Shown here: piece by piece, positions 55,043 through 62,787 of the stretch
How the letters are laid out: each line of letters begins with the position of its first letter
Numbering within the stretch: the first letter of the stretch is position 1
Source: Escherichia phage dw-ec
Length of the DNA stretch: 64,000 nt
Direction: 5' to 3' (one strand)
Sequence record: OL739525.1
Program-made: the position numbers and the translations under genes
The notes under the pieces: generated by a model
The model's database searches: none
What the model saw: only the letters and a program-made list of their open reading frames with translations
Told to the model about the DNA's origin: nothing

Positions 55043-55117
55043 GGCCCTGTAGCTCAATGGGAGAGCTGTCGGCTCATAACCGATAGGTAGCTGGATCGAA
55101 ACCAGCCAGGGCCACCA
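55043..55117 (+). tRNA. tRNA-Met (anticodon CAU)
   Basis: acceptor ggccctg/cagggcc, anticodon loop ctCATaa, T-arm and encoded CCA (hand fold). Confidence 0.7.
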
Positions 55118-55119
55118 AC

Positions 55120-55194
55120 GTCTTTATGGTGTAATGGATAGCACAGGAGTCTTCTAAACTCTTAGTCAAGGTTCGATTCCTTGTAAAGACACCA
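55120..55194 (+). tRNA. tRNA-Arg (anticodon UCU)
   Basis: acceptor gtcttta/taaagac, anticodon loop ctTCTaa, T-loop ggttcgattcc, CCA (hand fold). Confidence 0.65.
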
Positions 55195-55390
55195 GAACAT
55201 TTTAACATGAATTAGCTCAAGTGATTTGAACCCACTACTGATCATGGTGGCAGAGAATGAGGCAAGTATGTCAGACATTATAAACAAAGGCCACGGTTAT
55301 ATTAGAAGACATAAATGCTCGAAGAGCACCGTTCGTTGAGAACGGGGGTTGGTGGAGTCACCATTCATGGTAAAATGTTTTAAAAAACTA

Positions 55391-55420
55391 TTGACAACTA
55401 ACATTATTTTATGTTAGATT
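55391..55420 (+). promoter_or_regulatory. sigma70-like promoter inside the tRNA cluster
   Basis: TTGACA at 55391-55396, TTAGAT/TAGATT 17-18 bp downstream. Confidence 0.45.
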
Positions 55421-55428
55421 ATAAGTAT

Positions 55429-55519
55429 GGAAGGGCAAATCGATGTGGCGACGAAAACGGTCTTGAAAACCGCCGAGCTTGAAAGAGCCTTGGGAGTTCG
55501 ACTCTCCCTCCTTCCGCCA
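55429..55519 (+). tRNA. tRNA-Ser (anticodon UGA), type II
   Basis: acceptor ggaaggg/tccttcc, anticodon loop ctTGAaa, long variable arm, CCA (hand fold). Confidence 0.6.
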
Positions 55520-55524
55520 GATTA

Positions 55525-55610
55525 GGTAGATTGGTGAAATGGTAGCCACAACAGTTTGCTAAACTGTAGTCGGAAACGGCGTGTAGGTTCGAGTCCTACA
55601 TCTACCGCCA
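55525..55610 (+). tRNA. tRNA-Ser (anticodon GCU), type II
   Basis: acceptor ggtagat/atctacc, anticodon stem acagt/actgt with loop ttGCTaa, long variable arm, CCA. Confidence 0.65.
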
Positions 55611-55740
55611 AGTTCTTTTTAATATAGCTTACTTTAATAGAGTAAACTTTCGGCAGATGGCCTCCACCATCTTACCGATAACTCATAGTTAGTGGTGTGA
55701 ACACTGGCTATTTTAAAAAGAATTTAAATATTAGTATTTA

Positions 55741-55828
55741 GGTGAGTTAATTCCGTAGGGGTAGCGGGGCAGACTGTAAATCTGTTATCATTGCGATTCG
55801 GGTGGTTCGACTCCATCACTCACCACCA
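55741..55828 (+). tRNA. tRNA-Tyr (anticodon GUA), type II
   Basis: acceptor ggtgagt/actcacc, anticodon loop ctGTAaa, long variable arm, CCA. Confidence 0.65.
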
Positions 55829-55834
55829 AATTAA

Positions 55835-55920
55835 GATGAGTTGGCTGAATGGTTTAAGCGGCGGACTGTTAATCCGTGTTCGAAAGAACGATATAGGTTC
55901 AAATCCTATACTCATCGCCA
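55835..55920 (+). tRNA. type II tRNA, anticodon apparently GUU (Asn-reading), identity uncertain
   Basis: acceptor gatgagt/actcatc, 3-bp D stem, anticodon stem gcgga/tccgt with loop ctGTTaa, variable-arm hairpin gttc-gaaa-gaac, CCA (hand fold). Confidence 0.5.
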
Positions 55921-55927
55921 GAATTAT

Positions 55928-56004
55928 GGACTTGTAGAGTTAAGGTAAACCCCCAGTCGCCAAGAGGCTTCTGGAATTGCAGGTATCGAATCCTGCCGAG
56001 TCCC
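55928..56004 (+). ncRNA. tRNA-like sequence, fold unresolved (possible degenerate tRNA)
   Basis: acceptor-like pairing ggacttg/cgagtcc and T-arm-like gcagg..cctgc, but no clean anticodon arm. Confidence 0.3.
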
Positions 56005-56010
56005 AGTTTT

Positions 56011-56085
56011 GCTCCTATAGTATAATGGCTATTACAACGGTTTTGTAATCCGTGGATCTCTGTTCGATTCAGAGTGGGAGCACCA
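56011..56085 (+). tRNA. tRNA-Thr (anticodon UGU), tentative
   Basis: acceptor gctccta/tgggagc, T-arm ctctg-ttcgatt-cagag, anticodon loop ttTGTaa with a U-U at the stem end, CCA. Confidence 0.5.
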
Positions 56086-56358
56086 ACATAACATTAAGAG
56101 CACTGTGATTGATCGTCGTATCCTGTGCACAAGGTCTGCTCGAAAGACAGTGTTCTTAGTATTGTGTTGATCACACAAAGAGTTACCTGAAACTTGACCG
56201 GAGTAGGGTTGGATGGGGCAAAAGAAGAAGCGGCTCTCCCATCGACAGCAACGAAGAATAATATTTGACTTTGGTTTTGTATTATTTTAAGTTAGCTTAC
56301 CGAACGTAGGGCTAGTCACCCAATGGGATACTCGTCACTGTCCCACTCAATAAAACTA

Positions 56359-56388
56359 TTGACAACCAATAGTAAAATGTAGTATAGT
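56359..56388 (+). promoter_or_regulatory. sigma70-like promoter inside the tRNA cluster
   Basis: TTGACA at 56359-56364, TATAGT at 56383-56388. Confidence 0.55.
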
Positions 56389-56399
56389 AAAGATGTAGG

Positions 56400-56473
56400 G
56401 CGTTCTTGGTGTAGCGGTAGCATTCCGTCCTTCCAAGTCGGCGGCACGAGTTCGATCCTCGTAGAACGCTCCA
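56400..56473 (+). tRNA. tRNA-Gly (anticodon UCC)
   Basis: acceptor gcgttct/agaacgc, T-arm acgag-ttcgatc-ctcgt, anticodon loop ctTCCaa, CCA. Confidence 0.6.
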
Positions 56474-56571
56474 AATTATTTAATAAAGGGTTGCCAGAAA
56501 ACTTTCTCTTTTACTCATGGTTTTCTCCTTCTCTCACACCTCTTCTGGTTGCCCTTCATTAAATGATTTAT

Positions 56572-56647
56572 TGGTTTGTAGTGTAGTCCGGTAGCACACG
56601 ACACTTTGACTGTCGTAGGTTTGGTTCAAATCCAGACAGACCAGCCA
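56572..56647 (+). tRNA. tRNA-Gln (anticodon UUG)
   Basis: U1-A72 acceptor tggtttg/cagacca, D stem gtgt/gcac, anticodon stem cgaca/tgtcg with loop ctTTGac, CCA. Confidence 0.65.
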
Positions 56648-56652
56648 TATAA

Positions 56653-56729
56653 CGGAATTTAGCTCAGTTTGGTAGAGCATACGCTTTGGGAGCGTAGGGT
56701 CGCAGGTTCGAATCCTGCAATTCCGACCA
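56653..56729 (+). tRNA. tRNA-Pro (anticodon UGG)
   Basis: acceptor cggaatt/aattccg, anticodon stem tacgc/gcgta with loop ttTGGga, T-loop ggttcgaatcc, CCA. Confidence 0.7.
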
Positions 56730-56735
56730 ATCAAA

Positions 56736-56809
56736 TGTTTCGTAGTTCAATGGTAGAACCCACGACTGATAATCGTGAGACACAAGTTCGATTCTTGTCG
56801 AAACAACCA
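56736..56809 (+). tRNA. tRNA-Ile (anticodon GAU)
   Basis: acceptor tgtttcg/cgaaaca, anticodon stem cacga/tcgtg with loop ctGATaa, T-arm acaag-ttcgatt-cttgt, CCA. Confidence 0.65.
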
Positions 56810-56811
56810 GT

Positions 56812-56881
56812 TTCCCGTTAGACTTACAGGATAAGAGTTCCACAACTTATTGTGATGCTGGTTCGAATCCAGCACGGGATA
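56812..56881 (+). ncRNA. tRNA-like sequence with canonical T-arm but aberrant anticodon region
   Basis: T-arm gctgg-ttcgaat-ccagc and partial acceptor pairing; anticodon arm would need a 10-nt loop; no CCA. Confidence 0.3.
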
Positions 56882-56887
56882 CATAAT

Positions 56888-56966
56888 AGCGGGATAGAGG
56901 AGTCTGGTCGTCCTCGCCAGTTTCATATGCTGGAGATCATCGGTTCAAATCCGATTCCCGCCTCCA
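56888..56966 (+). tRNA. tRNA with anticodon CAU (Met or lysidine-Ile), A1-C72 mismatch
   Basis: acceptor agcggga/tcccgcc, D stem gagg/cctc, anticodon loop ttCATat, T-arm atcgg-ttcaaat-ccgat, CCA. Confidence 0.6.
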
Positions 56967-57082
56967 AATATCGCTTGCCAGCGGTATCTTTGAAGACCTT
57001 GCCTGGTTCCTTCTAAGATGGAGGGGTGCGACTCCTTAACGCACAATTATAATAAAGCATTTCAAATTAACAGTATTTATTA

Positions 57083-57105
57083 GCCTCCTTATTGGAGGCT
57101 TTTTG
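57083..57105 (+). terminator. intrinsic terminator ending the tRNA cluster
   Basis: hairpin gcctcc-ttatt-ggaggc followed by TTTTT. Confidence 0.75.
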
Positions 57106-57123
57106 CTATCTATTGAATAAAAC

Positions 57124-57152
57124 TTGACTTATTATTTTTTATATGTTAAGAT
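57124..57152 (+). promoter_or_regulatory. sigma70-like promoter (TTGACT, 17 bp spacer, TAAGAT)
   Basis: TTGACT at 57124-57129, TAAGAT at 57147-57152. Confidence 0.5.
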
Positions 57153-57173
57153 AAAGTTTAGGAGGATTTTATT

Positions 57174-57470
57174 ATGCCTAAACTAAAACGTGGTCGTGGA
57201 AGACCAACAGCCGAAATGCAACAGATCTACGCAATGGATGCGGCGCAAGCAAGTGTAAAAGAATTATTTGCAGAGCATTATTTAGAAGCTATGCGATATA
57301 TTGTTGAACTTGTTAATGATAAGGATGCAGCAAAACCTCTCCGCTTCCAAGCAGCTAAAGCTATTAAAGAGCAAGTAGAAGAATGGTTAGAAGAACATTA
57401 TGAAGCTATGGAAGAAGAAACCCCTGCCGTGCAGAATACAGATGACGTTCCTAAAAAGATCGTAATCTAA
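57174..57470 (+). CDS. hypothetical DNA-binding protein with N-terminal KRGRGRPT motif (possible small terminase subunit)
   Basis: RBS taggagga; GRP[ST]-type motif common at small-terminase N-termini; lies upstream of the large terminase. Confidence 0.35.
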   Translation: MPKLKRGRGRPTAEMQQIYAMDAAQASVKELFAEHYLEAMRYIVELVNDKDAAKPLRFQAAKAIKEQVEEWLEEHYEAMEEETPAVQNTDDVPKKIVI

Positions 57471-57485
57471 TCCCTCTCCTCTCTT

Positions 57486-57555
57486 GGGGCTTTGCCCCTC
57501 CTCCTTGTTATTTTTAACACCCCTCTCCGAAAGGTTAGGGGCTTTTTTTATTTTT
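57486..57555 (+). terminator. tandem intrinsic terminators
   Basis: hairpin ggggc-ttt-gcccc with T-rich tail, then cccct...agggg hairpin followed by CTTTTTTTATTTT. Confidence 0.6.
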
Positions 57556-57611
57556 AATGCTTGCAATTGTATATCATTTTGTGATAAGATCAGATATGAG
57601 GAGGATAAAAT

Positions 57612-57782
57612 ATGCGCAATTTTGTAGTTAAAAATGATTTTAACCGTTCTTCTTATCATAAAGATAAAAAGAATGATTACACACGGGTTTGGAACTTGGA
57701 GGAAGAACTTTATGATGACAGAGAAGACTTGGGAAGAGATCCTAGCGGAGGCTCAACCAATGGAAGTGAAGAAGATAGTTAA
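57612..57782 (+). CDS. hypothetical small protein
   Basis: unlisted ORF with strong RBS gaggagga before ATG at 57612. Confidence 0.3.
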   Translation: MRNFVVKNDFNRSSYHKDKKNDYTRVWNLEEELYDDREDLGRDPSGGSTNGSEEDS

Positions 57783-57832
57783 CAACGCCCCTTCTCTTCC
57801 TAAAATAAAATTTTATGAGGAAGTAGAAGATA

Positions 57833-58225
57833 ATGAATCTAAAGACTAAAACTGTATTAAGTTTTGTTTTAATTGTTGTTCTTATTCTTGCCGGAATGTT
57901 TGCTTATAACAAGATACGTGAGTCTGGTTACAAAGATGGTGTTGCCTATCAAACGCAAGTATATCAAGCAGCCCAAGCAAAAGCAAAACAAGATTTCGAT
58001 GTTCTTCAAAAAAGAGCGGATGAAGAAAGAGCATTATTAAATACTCAAATAAACAACTTGTCTAAAAACAATGCACAATTAAAAGCAGATTTAGAGAAGA
58101 AGAAACAAACGATCAATGAGGATACAACGAATTATGCAAAAACTAATTCTGGCAGTATGTCTTGCTTTGCCCCTAATGATGACGGGTTGTTCATCATCAA
58201 CAAAAGTTTCCCCAGTTCTTATTGA
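57833..58225 (+). CDS. putative i-spanin (inner-membrane spanin subunit)
   Basis: N-terminal TM helix VLSFVLIVVLILAGMFAY followed by coiled-coil periplasmic domain; embedded partner gene. Confidence 0.5.
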   Translation: MNLKTKTVLSFVLIVVLILAGMFAYNKIRESGYKDGVAYQTQVYQAAQAKAKQDFDVLQKRADEERALLNTQINNLSKNNAQLKADLEKKKQTINEDTTNYAKTNSGSMSCFAPNDDGLFIINKSFPSSY

Positions 58226-58460
58226 TGAGTGTAAGGCTGTAGCCATAGAAAAGGTTAAAGGTCCAGATTCGGACTTGATGGATAAAGTATCGACACCTGT
58301 GCCATACACTAAAAATCAAATTGCAAAAGGGGCTAGTAGATCTGAAGTTGTTAACAACCAAACTCAAAACAATGCTCTTTGGGAGCAAGATAGACGAAAG
58401 GTTCTAGGTTTACAAACATATATTAAAACACTGCAAGAAAAAGGTATTATTGCTGAATAA
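58134..58460 (+). CDS. putative o-spanin (outer-membrane lipoprotein) overlapping the i-spanin gene
   Basis: lipoprotein signal ILAVCLALPLMMTGC with lipobox-like MTGC; starts inside the i-spanin gene in another frame. Confidence 0.45.
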   Translation: MQKLILAVCLALPLMMTGCSSSTKVSPVLIDECKAVAIEKVKGPDSDLMDKVSTPVPYTKNQIAKGASRSEVVNNQTQNNALWEQDRRKVLGLQTYIKTLQEKGIIAE

Positions 58461-58469
58461 GGAGGGAAT

Positions 58470-60545
58470 GTGGCAAAGAAAAAGGCAGCAGGTAGTTTAG
58501 CTGGAGTAGATATTGAAGTAAAGGCTCAACCAGGTAAACAGACTCTTGCAATGGATTTAATGCCAGAAGTTATGATTTATGGTGGTGCCGCTGGATGTGT
58601 TTCTGCTGAAACGGAATATCTTACAAAAGATGGTTGGAGGCAGATTAGTGAATATTCGGGAGAGGATATTTACCAATACAATCCTAAGAATAAGCGTTTA
58701 GAATTGGTAACACCTTATTTTGTAGAATACGATTTAAATGGAGATAACCTATACAGAATAACAAATGGTGTAGGATTGTTCCAAGAACTTAGTATGGAAC
58801 ACCGTTTTGTATTCTATAAGAAAAAGAAATCAAAGAAACATTTCGAGATTCTTGTAGGAGATCTTATTGCATTACAGCAAATAGGAAAACCCCTTCAAGG
58901 TTATGTAGAAAATCCATTCGGTAAACGTGTTCCTTTTAACATACCTGGTAAAAAGAGCACTTACTTAAAAATACACGAGGTTATTTCAACAGATGATAAG
59001 AAATATTGTTTTGAGACTCCAAGCAGTTATATTGTCTTTAGACGTGGCGATCACTGCTTCGTTACTGGGAATAGCGGCAAGTCTCGTCTGCTATTGCTGA
59101 AAGCTTTAAAATACGCCTACAAAGACCCTTTGTTTGGTGGAATACTTTTCCGTAAGAACACCACTGCTCACCGTAAACCAGGTGGTCTGTTTACAGAAGC
59201 AAAACGTTTGTATCTTCCTTTACAACCGCACGTAAAAGAAAGTACAATGGATATCATTTTTGAAGCCACTGGTGGTGGAACCCTCAAATTTGACCATTTG
59301 GAAAATGATAACGTAACAGCAGAAACAAACCATCAGGGTACACAGTATTCAATGGTAGGTTTTGACGAGTTAACCCACTTCACACAATATGAAATGCTCT
59401 ATCTTCTGGGACGTATGCGTTCAGAGTCAGAAACAAGTTTCATGTTGTGCACATGTAACCCTGACGCAGATAGTTGGGTTTTGAATTGGGTGTTACCTTA
59501 TCTTGATGAGGGTGGTTATCCTAGAGAAGATATGTGTGGTAAACAAAAATATTTCATCATTGTTAACGATGAACCTGTTTTTGCTGACACACCTGAAGAA
59601 CTGAAAGAAAAATATCCAGAAAACTGTTTCATGGAAAACCCTAATACAGGGGAGACAGTTGTTATTGAACCACAAACTTTCGTATTTATTGGTGGGACAA
59701 TATTTGATAACCCAGAACTCATTAGGCTTAACCCTAATTACTTAGCACAGCTTAAATCACAAACAGCGATTAAAAGAGCACAGCTTCTGGACGGTTGTTG
59801 GTTTGCACGTATTCAGAAAGAATCTTTCTTTCAACGTGAATGGTTACATAAAATATCTTATAAAGATGTTCCTAACAATCTTAAACTAATGCGAGCATGG
59901 GATAAAGCTGTTTCAGTTCCTACAGAAACTTACCGTTATCCAGACTATACAACATCTGTCAAAATGGGTAAAGACCAAGATGGTAATATCTACATCTTTG
60001 GCGACTATGATTATGATGCTGTGGATGAGAAAAGTAAAATTTTTGGAAGGTTTCGAAGACTACCTGGGGAAAGGGATAACCTGATTCTAAATCAATGTAA
60101 GATCGATGGACCAGAAGTTACAGTAGTTCTTCCTAAAGACCCATCTGGTGCTGGGACAATAGAATATACAGAGTCTGCAAAGAAACTCATTCTGGAAGGT
60201 TTTGTTGTTAAACCAGATGCTATGCCAGGTAACAAGAAAAAGCTTCAGCGTTTTATGCCTTTTAGTAGTGCGTGTCAAAACGGTTTTGTTTATATTGTTG
60301 AAGATTCTTTCCCTAATGTGGAAACTTTAACCCACTTTTATAAAGAATTGGAATCTTTCAATGGTGAAAGATCTACAGCCACTATTAAAGATGACATTCC
60401 CGATGCTGCTGCCTCTTGTTTTAATACTCTGTCAAAAGAGAATACTTTCAAGGCAGTAGCTATCCCTACAACAACAAATGCTCCTACAGGATACAGTAGA
60501 ATGAACAGCGGATTTCACCAACCGTATAGTGTCCGTAAAAGATAA
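58470..60545 (+). CDS. terminase large subunit (intein-containing precursor)
   Basis: Walker A split as GGAAG / SGKS around the insertion, Walker B MVGFDELTHF, nuclease domain downstream. Confidence 0.8.
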   Translation: MAKKKAAGSLAGVDIEVKAQPGKQTLAMDLMPEVMIYGGAAGCVSAETEYLTKDGWRQISEYSGEDIYQYNPKNKRLELVTPYFVEYDLNGDNLYRITNGVGLFQELSMEHRFVFYKKKKSKKHFEILVGDLIALQQIGKPLQGYVENPFGKRVPFNIPGKKSTYLKIHEVISTDDKKYCFETPSSYIVFRRGDHCFVTGNSGKSRLLLLKALKYAYKDPLFGGILFRKNTTAHRKPGGLFTEAKRLYLPLQPHVKESTMDIIFEATGGGTLKFDHLENDNVTAETNHQGTQYSMVGFDELTHFTQYEMLYLLGRMRSESETSFMLCTCNPDADSWVLNWVLPYLDEGGYPREDMCGKQKYFIIVNDEPVFADTPEELKEKYPENCFMENPNTGETVVIEPQTFVFIGGTIFDNPELIRLNPNYLAQLKSQTAIKRAQLLDGCWFARIQKESFFQREWLHKISYKDVPNNLKLMRAWDKAVSVPTETYRYPDYTTSVKMGKDQDGNIYIFGDYDYDAVDEKSKIFGRFRRLPGERDNLILNQCKIDGPEVTVVLPKDPSGAGTIEYTESAKKLILEGFVVKPDAMPGNKKKLQRFMPFSSACQNGFVYIVEDSFPNVETLTHFYKELESFNGERSTATIKDDIPDAAASCFNTLSKENTFKAVAIPTTTNAPTGYSRMNSGFHQPYSVRKR
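58596..59072 (+). mobile_element. mini-intein (Hint domain, about 159 aa) inserted in the terminase Walker A motif
   Basis: begins CVSAETEYLTKDGW (Cys1, block A), ends ...HCFVTGN followed by Ser+1; flanking exteins rejoin to GGAAGSGKS. Confidence 0.65.
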
Positions 60546-60548
60546 TTG

Positions 60549-60577
60549 TTGACAAAAGTCACTTTAAAGTGTATTAT
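60549..60577 (+). promoter_or_regulatory. sigma70-like promoter upstream of portal gene
   Basis: TTGACA at 60549-60554, TATTAT at 60572-60577. Confidence 0.55.
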
Positions 60578-60646
60578 AACTAGATAGGTGAGGTTGTATA
60601 TAATACAGCCTTGCCTTAACGATTTTATACCTGACTGGAGGAACAA

Positions 60647-62212
60647 GTGTCAACAGGAAAAAGAACGTACACTAAAAAGTCAGAATACTGGGACAAAGGT
60701 GCTGCAAATAAAGCTGCTCTCTCTCCAACAAAAGAAGCAGAGAAAGAGAAAACGTTACTCCTGTCACCTGAAATAGGAACGATCGGATTAAACTCAATCA
60801 AAGCATTTACGAATTTCATGCAACCCTATGAGACTCGTTTCCCAGAATGTATTCGCACTTTTAAAGAGATGGGTGAAGACCCTGATGTAGCTACTGCTCT
60901 TGACGCTACATATATCTTTGTAGATAGAGCATTCTTTGATTTCAAGATAAAATACAATGTAAACTCGGCAAAGTCAAGAAAAGCTGCTAAGTTTATTGAT
61001 TACATGTTACGCAATATGCAAGCCCCTCTACGTCAATATGTTAGATCACTTTTGACATATAAGCAATATGGTTTTGCATTCGCAGAGAAAGTTTATGAGT
61101 TGGATGAAGATCCTAAAAGTCCTTACTTTGGGTATTGGCGATTGACCAAATTGGCTTTTAGACCACAAGACACTCTTCACATGGCTCAACCTTTTACATA
61201 TTCGGCAGACGGACGTTCTATTCTATCTGTTAACCAGAATATCACCAATACGATGTTAGCTCCAGGTAATACAACTTTAGAAACGGGTATTAAAGAAATT
61301 CCTTTCAGTAAAGTTTTATTTGTTGGTAGCAACATTACAGAGAATAACCCATTAGGAGTTAGTCCGCTTTTAGCTGTATATCGTAGCTGGCGTGAAAAAT
61401 CTCTTATTCAGGAATTTGAGGTTATTGGGGTATCTAAAGATTTAGGCGGTATGCCAGTTCTTAAGGTTCCAAGTGACATTCTAAACAGGGCATCTTTAGA
61501 TCCTGCGGGGGATGAAGCACAATCTCTTCGAGTTCTCCAAGCCAACATCGCTAACCTGCACTCTGGTGAGCAAGCCTACATGGTGTTGCCTTCAGACGTT
61601 TATGAAGGCACAGTGATGCGTCAATACGATCTTGTATTCCAAGGTGTTGATGGCACGGGTAAACAGTTTGACACTCAAGCACTAATCAAACAACGTAAAC
61701 TGGATATTTATAACCGCTTTGGTGCGGGTGTGTTGATTATGGGTGATGGTGACGCAGGAAGTTTTGCGCTTTCTGACAACAAACAAACACTATTGTCTCA
61801 TTTTATTGAGCGAGATGTAGATATTGTTGTAGAAGCTATAAACTCTCAACTGATTCCTCAAACACTACGACTAAACAATATCTTCCTTTCTGATGAAGAT
61901 ATGCCTAAGTTTGTCAGTGGTGAAATGGGTGATCCTGATATTGAAGTAAATGCTAAAGCTATTCAGCAGTTGGTAGCCTCTGGTGCAATACCTTTAACCC
62001 CAGAAGTTATTAACGAGTTTCTTGAAAAAATTGGTTTTGAATATCGCATCCCTGATGATATTGTTGCCAATAAAGAGAAATTCTTTGAATTCATGGATAA
62101 CTATATGCCTGACAAAACTTCACGATCAGGAGATGGTTTAGCTACAGCGGGAACTGGAACGTCTGATACTGTTTCTGCTCTAGATCCTTCAGCACAAAAC
62201 CTGTCGAATTAA
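60647..62212 (+). CDS. portal protein
   Basis: 521-aa ORF directly downstream of the large terminase; size and position typical of portal. Confidence 0.6.
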   Translation: MSTGKRTYTKKSEYWDKGAANKAALSPTKEAEKEKTLLLSPEIGTIGLNSIKAFTNFMQPYETRFPECIRTFKEMGEDPDVATALDATYIFVDRAFFDFKIKYNVNSAKSRKAAKFIDYMLRNMQAPLRQYVRSLLTYKQYGFAFAEKVYELDEDPKSPYFGYWRLTKLAFRPQDTLHMAQPFTYSADGRSILSVNQNITNTMLAPGNTTLETGIKEIPFSKVLFVGSNITENNPLGVSPLLAVYRSWREKSLIQEFEVIGVSKDLGGMPVLKVPSDILNRASLDPAGDEAQSLRVLQANIANLHSGEQAYMVLPSDVYEGTVMRQYDLVFQGVDGTGKQFDTQALIKQRKLDIYNRFGAGVLIMGDGDAGSFALSDNKQTLLSHFIERDVDIVVEAINSQLIPQTLRLNNIFLSDEDMPKFVSGEMGDPDIEVNAKAIQQLVASGAIPLTPEVINEFLEKIGFEYRIPDDIVANKEKFFEFMDNYMPDKTSRSGDGLATAGTGTSDTVSALDPSAQNLSN

Positions 62213-62240
62213 AAATATTTAATATTTTTTAATTTTTCTA

Positions 62241-62269
62241 TTGACAAAACAACAAATATCCTGTAGACT
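62241..62269 (+). promoter_or_regulatory. sigma70-like promoter
   Basis: TTGACA at 62241-62246, TAGACT at 62264-62269. Confidence 0.5.
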
Positions 62270-62305
62270 AAGATTTATGGGATATCTGTTTTTAAGAGGT
62301 TTCAA

Positions 62306-62785
62306 ATGGAACTCAATAAAGATACACTGTGGGAACTCTTCAAAACCTTCGCTGGTTTTAAAGAGAATTCTGAATCCCAACAAGATTCTATACCATCTCA
62401 AAAACCTGAAACTCTAGTCAAACAAAATAAATTTGATGAAGAAAAGATGCAGGTTATTGAGGTCTTGTATTGTCCACCTGAAGAAGACGATCTCCACGGA
62501 GAGCGCATGTCTGATTTGGAAATCAGGAAGATGGTTGACAACTTCAATGAGAATATTACCAATATTAGCGGTAATCTTGGTCACATGAAGAACACCGATA
62601 AGTTTGCTCCAATTAAAGCTTGGGTAAATGAAGTCGATTGTTACATTGGTGACGAACTCGTTGTGGAAGGAACTCCCCTCGTTAAAATCCAATTCAACGA
62701 CCCTGAATTATATCAAGCTCGTAAAGACGGCGTTCTTAAAGGTTTGAGTATAGGCGCAATGGGCGTTAAAGTCAAGAAGGACTAA
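62306..62785 (+). CDS. hypothetical head-morphogenesis-associated protein
   Basis: ORF between portal and scaffold-like gene. Confidence 0.4.
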   Translation: MELNKDTLWELFKTFAGFKENSESQQDSIPSQKPETLVKQNKFDEEKMQVIEVLYCPPEEDDLHGERMSDLEIRKMVDNFNENITNISGNLGHMKNTDKFAPIKAWVNEVDCYIGDELVVEGTPLVKIQFNDPELYQARKDGVLKGLSIGAMGVKVKKD

Positions 62786-62787
62786 TC

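Noticed and set aside
55201-55260. Possible minus-strand tRNA suggested by a GGTTCAAATC motif
   Set aside because: No acceptor stem or anticodon arm could be paired on either strand; likely a chance T-loop-like motif.
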